A stretch of 64,000 nucleotides of DNA from an uncultured Allofournierella sp. (GTDB lineage Bacteria > Bacillota > Clostridia > Oscillospirales > Ruminococcaceae): assembly GCF_944382705.1 (NCBI RefSeq), contig NZ_CALWNE010000046.1. One strand, written 5' to 3'. The notes beneath the pieces were generated by a model, which saw nothing but the letters and a program-made list of their open reading frames with translations, made no database searches and had not been told where the DNA came from. The position numbers were made by a program, and so were the translations under genes. Within the stretch, counting starts at the first letter, position 1; each line of letters starts with the position of its first letter. Positions 44,121 to 52,899 of this stretch are shown here, in pieces.

Positions 44121-45833
44121 ATGTACAAAAGTGAATACGAGCGCTGGTTGGCATATGAGCTGGATGATGCTGATTTGAAGCCCGAATTAGAATCGGTGAA
44201 GGATAACGATGAGGCCATTCAGGACCGATTTGCGGTGTCGCTGCAATTCGGTACCGCAGGTTTGCGTGGCGTGATTGGTGCAGGTACCAATCGCATGAAT
44301 GTTTATGTAGTGCGTCAGGCAACCCAGGGCTTGGCCAACTGGGTTAAAACCCAGGGGGGAAGCCAGACTGTGGCCATCAGCTACGACAGCCGCATCAAAA
44401 GTGATGTGTTTGCAAAGGCAGCCGCTGAGGTGCTGGCAGCCAATGGAGTAAAAGTGCGGATTTACTCTGCCCTCATGCCCGTTCCGGCTTTGAGCTTTGC
44501 CACCCGCTATTACGGCTGCAACGCAGGCATTATGATTACTGCAAGCCACAACCCCGCCAAGTACAACGGCTACAAGGCCTATGGTCCCGATGGCTGCCAG
44601 ATGACCGACGAAGCCGCCGCTGTGGTGTATGATGAGATTCAAAAAACCGATGTACTCACCGGTGCAAAGTCCATCTCCTTTGAGGAGGGCGTGGCACAGG
44701 GATTGATTCAGTATGTGGGTGAGGACTGCTGCGAGGCCCTGTATAAAGCCATCGAAAGCCGCAGCGTGCGCCCCGGCCTGTGCGAGACCGCCGGCCTCAA
44801 GCTGGTGTACAGCCCCCTGAATGGCAGCGGCCTGGTGCCCGTTACCCGTGTACTGGCGGACATTGGCATTACGGATGTTACCATTGTGCCGGAACAGAAG
44901 GACCCGGACGGCAATTTCCCCACCTGCCCCTATCCCAACCCGGAAATCTTTGAGGCGCTGCGCTTGGGCCTTGAACTGGCCGAAAAAGAGGGCGCAGACC
45001 TGATGCTGGCCACCGACCCCGATGCAGACCGTGTGGGCATTGCTGTGCGCTGCAAGGACGGCAGCTACCAGCTGCTCAGCGGCAATGAGGTGGGTGTACT
45101 GCTGCTGGATTATATCTGCAAGGCCCGCATCGAAAAGGGCACCATGCCCCAGAATCCTGTTATGGTAAAGAGCATTGTATCCACTCCTTTGGCGGATGTG
45201 GTAGCTGCTCACTATGGCGTAGAGTGCCGGAATGTGCTCACCGGGTTTAAGTGGATTGGCGACCAGATTGCCCAGCTGGAGGCTGCCGGCGAAGTGGAAC
45301 GCTTTGTGTTTGGCTTTGAGGAGAGCTATGGTTACCTGGCTGGCTCCTATGTGCGGGATAAGGATGCCATTGTTGGCAGTATGCTGATTTGCGAGATGGC
45401 TGCCTACTACCGCAGCATCGGTTCTTCCATTAAGGAGGAGCTGGAGCGTATCTACGCAACCTTCGGCCGCTATCTGAACCTGGTGGACAGCTTTGAGTTC
45501 CCGGGTCTGTCGGGCATGGATAAGATGGCAGGCATTATGCAGCGGCTGCGGCAGGAACCTTTGAAAGAGATTGCAGGATACAAGGTGCAGTGCGTGGAAG
45601 ATTATAAAGCACGCACAATCACGGATTTGACCACTGGCCAGGTGAGTGCCATCCAGCTGCCTGCATCCAATGTGCTGATTTACCGTTTGGGGGGTGGCGC
45701 AAGCGTAGTGGTGCGCCCCAGTGGCACCGAGCCCAAAATCAAAACCTACTTCACCACTCTAGGCAAGAATCTGGAAGAAGCCCAGCAGCAGAAAGACGCA
45801 CTGGCTCAGGCACTTGAACCAGTGCTGGCATAA
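44121..45833 (+). CDS. phospho-sugar mutase (phosphoglucomutase/phosphomannomutase, PgcA-like)
   Basis: ...FGTAGLRGVIGAGTNRMN..., active site TASHNPAKYNGYK, Mg site ...ATDPDADR..., ...GFEESYGY... . ATG 44121 is preferred over GTG 44112 on RBS spacing. Confidence 0.9.
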   Translation: MYKSEYERWLAYELDDADLKPELESVKDNDEAIQDRFAVSLQFGTAGLRGVIGAGTNRMNVYVVRQATQGLANWVKTQGGSQTVAISYDSRIKSDVFAKAAAEVLAANGVKVRIYSALMPVPALSFATRYYGCNAGIMITASHNPAKYNGYKAYGPDGCQMTDEAAAVVYDEIQKTDVLTGAKSISFEEGVAQGLIQYVGEDCCEALYKAIESRSVRPGLCETAGLKLVYSPLNGSGLVPVTRVLADIGITDVTIVPEQKDPDGNFPTCPYPNPEIFEALRLGLELAEKEGADLMLATDPDADRVGIAVRCKDGSYQLLSGNEVGVLLLDYICKARIEKGTMPQNPVMVKSIVSTPLADVVAAHYGVECRNVLTGFKWIGDQIAQLEAAGEVERFVFGFEESYGYLAGSYVRDKDAIVGSMLICEMAAYYRSIGSSIKEELERIYATFGRYLNLVDSFEFPGLSGMDKMAGIMQRLRQEPLKEIAGYKVQCVEDYKARTITDLTTGQVSAIQLPASNVLIYRLGGGASVVVRPSGTEPKIKTYFTTLGKNLEEAQQQKDALAQALEPVLA

Positions 45834-45867
45834 GAATTGCAGCGTTTGCTGTAAAATAGCCTTTCAC

Positions 45868-45897
45868 GGGCAGCTCCTTAGGGGCTGCCCGCTTTTG
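45868..45897 (+). terminator. rho-independent terminator after the phospho-sugar mutase gene
   Basis: gggcagctcc-tta-ggggctgccc followed by gcttttgtt. Confidence 0.65.
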
Positions 45898-45982
45898 TTA
45901 ATGGATTTTGCAGAAAAAAGATTTTTTAAAAATACAAGGTTTGTGCCTATTGCTAAAAAATGGTCAAAACAGGTTTGAAATA

Positions 45983-46011
45983 TTGCAGATAACAAAAGAG
46001 TGTGATATAAT
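45983..46011 (+). promoter_or_regulatory. strong-looking promoter with extended -10 (TTGCAG-17-[TGa]TATAAT) heading the wzz-sortase block
   Basis: TTGCAG at 45983-45988 and TATAAT at 46006-46011, preceded by TGA. Followed by an A+T-rich leader of about 270 nt. Confidence 0.55.
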
Positions 46012-46281
46012 CTGACACGATAATAACATGAAACATGTAGTAGGGAAGTTCTGGAAACCCTGTTTGCGAATGAATTGCGAATTTTAATTATGCATTTTCA
46101 ATGATGCAATTTTGCTGTGCAGCAGCCAGTGTGTTTAGAAAGAAATTCGTGTGTTTTGTGTTTTCGCTTTAATAATAGAACATTCAGCAAAGACAAACTT
46201 ACCAAATACTGATTTTTTTAATTATGGAATAAAAATGATAAACAGCACGCTGGCTGTTGAGTGAATTCAGGGGGTCGAAGA

Positions 46282-46977
46282 ATGGAACAGGAATACGAGA
46301 GCATTGACTTGCGGGAAATATTTTTTCTGCTGAAAAATAATGCAATCAGCATTGTGGCAAGCACATTGGTGTGTGCAATTGTGGGTTTTTTGGTCACAAC
46401 CTTCCTGATTACGCCTCAGTACGAAGCAAGTGCAACCATGATTGTAAACTCCCAGCAAAATCAGGCCAATGCTAACATTACCAACGATATGATTACCACC
46501 TCCAAGAATCTGGTCAATACATATGGCATTGTTATCAAAAGCGATACGGTGCTTCAGCAGGTGATTGATGCGCTGAATTTGGATATGACCTACGAGGAGA
46601 TGCGCAACCGGGTGCAGGTGTCCGCCGTGGATTCCACCCAGGTAATGCGTATTGCGGTACAGGATGCAAATCCCGCACAGGCCAAGGCAATTGTGGGCAA
46701 GATTGTGGAAATTGCGCCGGATATTGTTCGGGATGCCGTGGAGGCAGGTTCAGTAAAGGTGATTTCCGATGCTCGGGTAGGTGAGAATCCGGTTTCTCCC
46801 AACAAGATGATGAACACGGCAATTGCCGGTCTTCTTGGCTTGGTACTGAGCGTTGGCGTTGTGTTCCTGCGGGAGATGATGAACAACACCTTCAAGACTG
46901 ACGATGACATTCAAAAGCATCTGGGCTTTACAGTGCTGGGTGTAATTCCTTATGTAAACTTGGAGGATGAAGGATGA
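46282..46977 (+). CDS. Wzz/CpsC-type polysaccharide chain-length/BY-kinase transmembrane modulator
   Basis: MEQEYESIDLREIFFLLKNNAISIVASTLVCAIVGFLVTTFLITPQYEASATMIV (Wzz N-terminus) and a second TM helix near the C-terminus. Confidence 0.85.
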   Translation: MEQEYESIDLREIFFLLKNNAISIVASTLVCAIVGFLVTTFLITPQYEASATMIVNSQQNQANANITNDMITTSKNLVNTYGIVIKSDTVLQQVIDALNLDMTYEEMRNRVQVSAVDSTQVMRIAVQDANPAQAKAIVGKIVEIAPDIVRDAVEAGSVKVISDARVGENPVSPNKMMNTAIAGLLGLVLSVGVVFLREMMNNTFKTDDDIQKHLGFTVLGVIPYVNLEDEG

Positions 46978-47729
46978 GCTTTAAATTGCCTGGCTTTGGA
47001 AGTAAAAAAAGCAATCGAAAGAACAAGACTCATTCCATTGCCCGTAAGTTGCAGATTATCTCTAAGGATGCGCCGTTCCAGTATGTGGAGGCTTACAAAA
47101 CCCTGCGTACCAACATCAATTTTATTGCGGCCAGCAGCGGCTGCAAAAAGATTGCAATCACCAGTTCTATCCCTGGTGAGGGAAAAAGCAATGTGGCAGT
47201 TAATCTGTGTGTAACATTGGCAGAAAGCGGCAAGAAGGTTTTGCTGATTGATTGCGACCTTCGCAAGCCGGTGGTACATAAGTATCTGCGAATCAACCGT
47301 AAGGCTTTGGGACTTACCAATATTTTGAGCGGTGAGGCTAAGCCGACAGATGTCATTGTGCGGTTCAGCGACCTGAACATTGATGTAATTACTGCCGGTG
47401 TAGTTCCGCCTAACCCTGCCGAATTGTTGGGCAGCGCCCGTATGGCAAACTTGCTGGAAAGCTTGAGTGACCAGTACGATTACATCATTATTGATACTCC
47501 CCCGGCTTCGGTTGTAACCGACGCTGTGGTAATCAGTGCAATTGTGGACGGCATTCTGTTTGTGGTAAGCCATGCCAATGCCACCGTAGAATCTGCGGAG
47601 CTGGCAAAGAAGAATCTGGAGGCTGCCAATGCCAACATCATTGGTGCGGTACTGAACGGATTTGATCTTAAGAGCGCCAGTAAGGATACCGGCTATTATT
47701 ACTCCTACGAGTACGGTTACTACAAGTAA
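46974..47729 (+). CDS. CpsD/CapB-family bacterial tyrosine kinase
   Basis: ...EAYKTLRTNI..., Walker A SSIPGEGKS, Walker A' ...VLLIDCDLRKP..., Walker B ...DYIIIDTPP..., C-terminal Tyr cluster YYYSYEYGYY. ATGA overlap with wzz. Confidence 0.9.
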   Translation: MSFKLPGFGSKKSNRKNKTHSIARKLQIISKDAPFQYVEAYKTLRTNINFIAASSGCKKIAITSSIPGEGKSNVAVNLCVTLAESGKKVLLIDCDLRKPVVHKYLRINRKALGLTNILSGEAKPTDVIVRFSDLNIDVITAGVVPPNPAELLGSARMANLLESLSDQYDYIIIDTPPASVVTDAVVISAIVDGILFVVSHANATVESAELAKKNLEAANANIIGAVLNGFDLKSASKDTGYYYSYEYGYYK

Positions 47730-47778
47730 CAGCAAATAGCTGTTTGCAAAGCTTTGTTGATATAAAAGGAGTGGACTC

Positions 47779-48534
47779 ATGACCGATTTGCATTGCCACA
47801 TTCTGCCTGGCATTGATGATGGGGCACAAAATGTTCAGGAGTCTCTGGAGCTGATTCGCCGCCAGATGGCGCAGGGGGTAAATCAGATTGCGCTTACCCC
47901 CCACTTTAATGCAGAGCGCATTACGGTGGACGAGTTTGTTCACAAGCGGGCCGCTGCTTACGAAGTGCTGCAGCAGGCAGTGAAGGCCGAAGGCTTGGAT
48001 GTTGCTTTTAAGCTGGGGGCGGAAGTGTTTTTTAGCTCCAACTTAGTAGAGCTGGATTTGGACCCCCTTGTACTGGAAGGTACCGACTATTTGCTGGTGG
48101 AGTTTTCTCCCACCTTTTACCCCACATGGGCCAAGGATGTTTTTTATCAGCTTGGTCTGCAGGGAATTACTCCGCTGCTGGCTCATGTGGAACGGTACCC
48201 CTATATGCTTAGTGATCCCACCCGTTTGTTTGACCTAGTAAATGCCGGGGCGGTAACACAGGTGAATGCCAGCAGTCTGCTGCGCAGTGGTTCACGGCAG
48301 GCCATGGTCCGAAAGTTCTTTAAATGGAACCTGGTTCATGTGCTTTCCACCGATACCCACTCGATGGATAAGCGGCCTCCGCTCATGAGCGATGCTCTGC
48401 GCAAAGTGGAGGAATGGGAAGGCAGCCAGATGGTTCGCTATCTGGAAAAAAACGGTGCCGCTGTGTTCCGTGGCGATGAGCCTTCGTTAAGAGATGCCAC
48501 AAAGCCCAAACATTTGTTTGGACGATGGTTTTAA
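47779..48534 (+). CDS. CpsB/CapC-type PHP-family tyrosine phosphatase
   Basis: MTDLHCHILPGIDDGA..., ...ALTPHF..., ...AHVERY..., ...STDTHS... metal-ligand motifs. Confidence 0.9.
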   Translation: MTDLHCHILPGIDDGAQNVQESLELIRRQMAQGVNQIALTPHFNAERITVDEFVHKRAAAYEVLQQAVKAEGLDVAFKLGAEVFFSSNLVELDLDPLVLEGTDYLLVEFSPTFYPTWAKDVFYQLGLQGITPLLAHVERYPYMLSDPTRLFDLVNAGAVTQVNASSLLRSGSRQAMVRKFFKWNLVHVLSTDTHSMDKRPPLMSDALRKVEEWEGSQMVRYLEKNGAAVFRGDEPSLRDATKPKHLFGRWF

Positions 48535-48539
48535 CCCTG

Positions 48540-48564
48540 ATATAACACGAAATTCGTGTTATAT
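48540..48564. promoter_or_regulatory. perfect 25-bp palindrome (12-bp arms around one central base), A+T-rich; terminator-like hairpin or operator
   Basis: atataacacgaa-a-ttcgtgttatat, read directly. Begins 6 nt after the phosphatase stop and is followed by atataatattttt. Lies 34 nt upstream of the next ATG. Confidence 0.45.
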
Positions 48565-48597
48565 ATATAATATTTTTGAGAAAGGAGAACGACACCA

Positions 48598-49185
48598 ATG
48601 AAGAAAGTAGTTTCTACCGTTGCAGCTCTGGCTCTGGCTGGCGTTATGGCCACCTCTGCTTTTGCTGCTACCACTGCTGAGCTGCAGGAAGTTGCCAACA
48701 AGTACAAGGGCACTCTGGCAGGCTACGGCGTAACCGCACAGGAGGTTGACAGCCTGGTCAACGCTCTGGATGCTTCCAAGGTTGATGCCGCTCGTGCAGA
48801 GAAGGCTGTTCGGGATCTGGAAGCTCTGGTGAACAACAAGACCCTGAATGCTGCTGATGTTCAGAAGAACCTGGACAACGCTGTGGCTGAGCTGAAGGCT
48901 GCTCTGGGCGGTCAGGTTGAGATTGACTACGGCATGATCGATGTTAACGCTGACGGCAAGGTTACCCTGCCCAACGGCGTTAAGGTTACCGTTAATGGTA
49001 TAACCGCTGACACCAATCCCGTAGCATTCGAGGCTGAAGGCGCTGCTGCTACCACCACCCCTGCTACTGGCAACAACGGTGTTATCAAGACCACTGGTCT
49101 GAACACTGCTGGTGTAGCTGCTATGGGTCTGGCTGTGGTTTCCGCTCTGGGCGTGGCTGCAGTTAAGGCTAAGAAGGGCGAGTAA
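48598..49185 (+). CDS. small secreted protein with C-terminal cell-wall sorting-type signal (predicted sortase substrate)
   Basis: Signal peptide MKKVVSTVAALALAGVMATSAFA. Helical Ala/Lys/Glu-rich body. C-terminus ...TTPATGNNGVIKTTGLNTAGVAAMGLAVVSALGVAAVKAKKGE, meaning an xPxTG-like motif, a hydrophobic helix and a basic tail. AAAGGAGA RBS. Codon choice resembles rpoB and rpmE. Confidence 0.75.
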   Translation: MKKVVSTVAALALAGVMATSAFAATTAELQEVANKYKGTLAGYGVTAQEVDSLVNALDASKVDAARAEKAVRDLEALVNNKTLNAADVQKNLDNAVAELKAALGGQVEIDYGMIDVNADGKVTLPNGVKVTVNGITADTNPVAFEAEGAAATTTPATGNNGVIKTTGLNTAGVAAMGLAVVSALGVAAVKAKKGE

Positions 49186-49234
49186 TCATCCTTCGTATGG
49201 CAAATGATGTGTTTGCCACATAATTTGCTGACAA

Positions 49235-49277
49235 ACAAGGAAAGGACCCCTGGGTGCTAACTTTCCTTGTTTTTTGT
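49235..49277 (+). terminator. rho-independent terminator after the surface-protein gene
   Basis: acaaggaaag (49235-49244) pairs with ctttccttgt (49261-49270), followed by TTTTT. Confidence 0.7.
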
Positions 49278-49617
49278 GTATATAAGGACAGTTTTGTCTG
49301 GTCTGATTTATGGAAAGCGAAAGATGTTTTCTGTTAAGCCAAAAAAGATGTACTGACAGACCTGTTTTGGGGAAATGTAGTGCTGGAGACTGGAACCGGT
49401 ATTACATCCCCAAAGGCGATTTGCAAGATGATTTGGCAATGCCAGAGGGCAGATGCAGCAAAACTGTATTAACATAAATAAGTGTACAACAAACGACTTG
49501 TAGCCAAGGAAATTGGTTTGCAGAGGTTGCTTCATGTGGCAGCGTTGCCCGATAGAAAGGGGCTTCTGGTGTTCCGTTTAAGCAAACGGCATGAGGTAAT
49601 TTGGAAAGGAGCGTTTT

Positions 49618-50406
49618 ATGGCGGTTTACCATAATCCACACAAAGGCAATGAGCGAACCCTGCGCACAGCGCAGACAAGCGGAACTCGCACACGGACATC
49701 GAGAGCGGGGCAGAATGACCCTACACCTCAGCGGAAAAAGGTCTCGCCCGCCCGCAAATTCATGGTTTTTGTGGGAACTCCCATCCTGTTCTGTGCATTG
49801 ACCATGGCTGTGCTGACGGTGGCTGTGGAGCCTACTGCACGGCCTTATTTAGGGCTGGCAAGCTATTTGTTTGATGCCCAATTGGAGGATACACAAAATA
49901 CAAATCTCTATGAGCAGTTGGGGCAGGATTTGAAAAATGCCACCGTGATTCCTTTCAGTGAACTGGTGTACCCCAATAAGGGAGACCAGTATGGCCATAT
50001 CAGCATTGCGGGCACCAGTGTAGATGCCCCGCTGTACTACGGAGATTCCACCAAAGAGCTGAACCGTGGTGTAGCCACTTACGCCGATTCCTCCGGTGCG
50101 GGCATTCCCGGCGAAGGGGAAACCGTTTTGCTGGCGGCCCATAACAATACCTTTTTTAATGGGTTGCAGGATGTAAAAGTAGGCGACTTGGTAACGATTG
50201 ATACCCATTACGGAACCTACACCTACCGGGTTACTGATATGAAGGTGGCGGATCACCAGGATGACACTACCTATGATTTTAGCCGTACCGATGAAAACCT
50301 GATTATGTATACCTGCTACCCCTTCGATGCGCTGGGCTTTACCCCCGAACGCTACTTTGTGTATGCAGAGTATGTGTCCGGCCCCGTAATTGATAAGCAG
50401 AGCTAA
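49618..50406 (+). CDS. sortase family transpeptidase (class not assignable by eye) with long basic N-terminal extension
   Basis: TM anchor FMVFVGTPILFCALTMAVLTVAV. Catalytic His in ...VLLAAHNNT..., Cys in ...LIMYTCYPF..., Arg in ...PERYFVYA... . GGAAAGGAG RBS. Confidence 0.8.
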   Translation: MAVYHNPHKGNERTLRTAQTSGTRTRTSRAGQNDPTPQRKKVSPARKFMVFVGTPILFCALTMAVLTVAVEPTARPYLGLASYLFDAQLEDTQNTNLYEQLGQDLKNATVIPFSELVYPNKGDQYGHISIAGTSVDAPLYYGDSTKELNRGVATYADSSGAGIPGEGETVLLAAHNNTFFNGLQDVKVGDLVTIDTHYGTYTYRVTDMKVADHQDDTTYDFSRTDENLIMYTCYPFDALGFTPERYFVYAEYVSGPVIDKQS

Positions 50407-50420
50407 GGAGGAACTAGGCA

Positions 50421-51293
50421 ATGAAGCAAACCTATAAAAAGCAGGGCGTTTTTTTTTCGGCTGTATTAGCATGGGTGCTTAGCTTGCTGCTTGTTTTACT
50501 ATCAGTAGTTGGAGTTGTTGCACTTACTATTTGTAATAAAGGGTATCTTCAGCAGCAGGTTTTGAAAAGCGGTTACAGTGCTCAGGCACTGGAGAACCTG
50601 AAAGAAAACTATACCAGCTATGGCAGTGCAGGCGGTATGTCCAGCGAGGTGATGACGAGCTTTATAACGGCAGAGCAGATTCAGCAGGACTTGTTCCGCT
50701 CCATTGATGAGTTTTATAAGGGCAACCGAGAAAAGTTGCAGCACCCCGAAGTGGGCCAGGCTGCTAAGGTTGCCATGGCTGCAAGCCTGGAAGAACGAGG
50801 CATTAAGATTACGGATGAAATTGACAGTGCCTTGGAGCAGATGGCGCAGCTTTGCCAGACGGACTACGAAAACTATGTGCGCATTTCGCTGGCCAGCCTA
50901 GTGGCGGCCTATATGCCCAAGCTCACAAAGCTGGCCTGGGTGGCAGCAGGAGTGGTGGCAGGCGTTACTTTAATTGCCCTGATTTTGGTGTTGAGTGTGC
51001 AACGCACAGCGCCAGCTCGTCTGCGTTGGTGCATCAATGCTTTTTCCGGTGCGGCACTGTTCTGCGTGCTGGTTCCCATCTTGTTTAGAATCTTTGTAAA
51101 GATGGAAAATCTGCGGTTAAGCCCAGCATCCTTTAAAAACCTTCTGGTTTCGTATACTAATAGCATGGTGAATGTGTTTTTCTACTTTGGGTTAATTTAT
51201 GCGCTGGTTGTGGTTGCCATGGCACTTGCCTGGCGTGCCGCTTTCAATCGCAGCAAACAGGCCTACCAGGCACGGAAGGCAATGGAATACTAA
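50421..51293 (+). CDS. integral membrane protein of unknown function (1 N-terminal + about 4 C-terminal TM helices)
   Basis: AAGGAGG RBS. The hydrophobic segments and the about 140-aa extracytoplasmic loop are read from the translation. I recognise no motif. Confidence 0.6.
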   Translation: MKQTYKKQGVFFSAVLAWVLSLLLVLLSVVGVVALTICNKGYLQQQVLKSGYSAQALENLKENYTSYGSAGGMSSEVMTSFITAEQIQQDLFRSIDEFYKGNREKLQHPEVGQAAKVAMAASLEERGIKITDEIDSALEQMAQLCQTDYENYVRISLASLVAAYMPKLTKLAWVAAGVVAGVTLIALILVLSVQRTAPARLRWCINAFSGAALFCVLVPILFRIFVKMENLRLSPASFKNLLVSYTNSMVNVFFYFGLIYALVVVAMALAWRAAFNRSKQAYQARKAMEY

Positions 51294-51391
51294 CAGCAAG
51301 CCGGAATGCGGTGGCATAAATAGGCTGACTGCAACAATGAGCCTGCTTCAGTGTGGGCCTTGGAAGAATACAGAAAAGGAAGCAGTTTAGT

Positions 51392-52333
51392 ATGGCTCAT
51401 GAGATGAACTATTTTACAAAAGAAGAAGTAAAGCGGATGGAAAATGCAGAGGCTGGGGTTCAGCGACAGCAGCAAGAAGCAGAAGAAACACGCCAACTTT
51501 TTCATGGAGTATCCAGGCAGTTTGCAATGGTGCTTTGGGGTGTGGCAGTGGTTGCTTTGGTAGCATTGGTGGTTTTGCTGAGCATGAGCATGGCCGGCAA
51601 AGGCAGCAAGCAGAATGGAGAGCAAAACCCAGGAATGGGCTTGGAGATGGCTGCCGACCAGGATGCTCAATCTCAGGAGGTTTTGCCTCAGCAAGATCCT
51701 GAAGAAGAACAAGCCCAAATGCAAGAGTCACAAGAGATCCAAGGCCCCAATGTAACCGCTGAGGATTGGTTTGTGGTGCTGGCAGGCCCTGGTACCCCCT
51801 TGCCAGATGGATTTGAACCGGAGACGGCTGTTATCAACGATGCGGGCTTTGAGATGGACGCAAGAGTGGTGGAAGCCTTTCAGGCAATGGATGCGGCAGC
51901 CCGTCGGGCGGGCATCCAGATGCAGGTGATTTCCGGCTACCGTGGCCCCGAGCGCCAGCAAAGCTTTTACGAACAAGAGCTGAGCAACGCCGAAAGCCAG
52001 GGCCTTGCTGGAGCAGAAGCGGAACAGGCTGCCCAGCGCATTGAGCAAAAGGCCTATGAATCGGACCACAACACCGGCCTGGGTGTGGATTTGCTGCCGG
52101 AAGACGACCTGCACAAGAACCAGAACTCCATCTCGGAGAGCAGAGAGTTTGCCTGGTTGCAGCAGAATGCCGCCGACTACGGTTTTGTGCTGCGCTACCC
52201 AGAAGACAAGCAGGACATTACTGGCGTGGAGTTCAAGCCCTGGCACTGGCGTTATGTGGGGGTAGAGCTGGCTCAGTTTATGGTGGAGAACAACCTGACT
52301 TTGGAAGAGTACTGGCAACAGTATCTGAGCTGA
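51392..52333 (+). CDS. VanY / peptidase M15B-family D-alanyl-D-alanine carboxypeptidase, membrane-anchored
   Basis: TM anchor, acidic linker, then ...ISGYRGPERQ..., ...SDHNTGLGVDL..., ...AWLQQNAADYGFVLRYP..., ...KPWHWRYVG (the H-x-D-x-H zinc-site family pattern). Confidence 0.85.
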   Translation: MAHEMNYFTKEEVKRMENAEAGVQRQQQEAEETRQLFHGVSRQFAMVLWGVAVVALVALVVLLSMSMAGKGSKQNGEQNPGMGLEMAADQDAQSQEVLPQQDPEEEQAQMQESQEIQGPNVTAEDWFVVLAGPGTPLPDGFEPETAVINDAGFEMDARVVEAFQAMDAAARRAGIQMQVISGYRGPERQQSFYEQELSNAESQGLAGAEAEQAAQRIEQKAYESDHNTGLGVDLLPEDDLHKNQNSISESREFAWLQQNAADYGFVLRYPEDKQDITGVEFKPWHWRYVGVELAQFMVENNLTLEEYWQQYLS

Positions 52334-52489
52334 AACGAACCGGTGCTATCCACAAATGGTACGGAATCATACCGGCTGGCCCGGTGAGATGGAGCAGCGC
52401 TGCTTTGCCAGAAGTTTTGCGGCAAGTTTGATTGCCTGCAAGCCGGGCAGAAAAAATGCCGCAGGAAGCGAATCTGGGCGAAAAAATAC

Positions 52490-52518
52490 TTGCCTTTTGC
52501 AAAAAGCTATGGTATAGT
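52490..52518 (+). promoter_or_regulatory. promoter of rpmE (TTGCCT-17-TATAGT)
   Basis: Hexamers at 52490-52495 and 52513-52518 with a 17-nt spacer. This implies a leader of about 130 nt. Confidence 0.5.
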
Positions 52519-52651
52519 AGATAGGCAATCGTTCCGATGGCTGCTCCATACGCACAGGATGGCGTATGCTGGTAGCCTCCTATTGAAGGTTGTGATGGGC
52601 ACATGGCTCAAGCATGGCCCCAAAAGTCATTAACCGAAAGAGGTGAAAAGA

Positions 52652-52855
52652 ATGAAACAGGGTATCCATCCCAACTATGTGGAGTGCACCATCACCTGCG
52701 CCTGCGGCGAAGTGATTAAGACCCATTCCACCAAGCCCGCTATCCATGTGGAAGTTTGCTCCAAGTGCCATCCTTTCTACACTGGTAAGCAGAAGCTGGT
52801 TGACACCGGCGGACGCGTTGATCGCTTCAACCGTCGTTTCGGTCTCAAGAAGTAA
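52652..52855 (+). CDS. rpmE: 50S ribosomal protein L31 (Zn-binding C+ form)
   Basis: [64 protein letters not shown]. Confidence 0.95.
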   Translation: MKQGIHPNYVECTITCACGEVIKTHSTKPAIHVEVCSKCHPFYTGKQKLVDTGGRVDRFNRRFGLKK

Positions 52856-52865
52856 AATCAAATGC

Positions 52866-52899
52866 CAAAAAGGCGGTTTGTTACAAACCGCCTTTTTTG
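52866..52899 (+). terminator. rho-independent terminator after rpmE
   Basis: aaaaaggcggtttg pairs with caaaccgcctttttt. Confidence 0.8.

Noticed and set aside
52519-52651. About 130-nt leader of rpmE as a ribosomal-protein autoregulatory leader.
   Set aside because: A leader is implied by the promoter position, but I see no strong conserved-looking structure and know of no established L31 leader motif to compare with.
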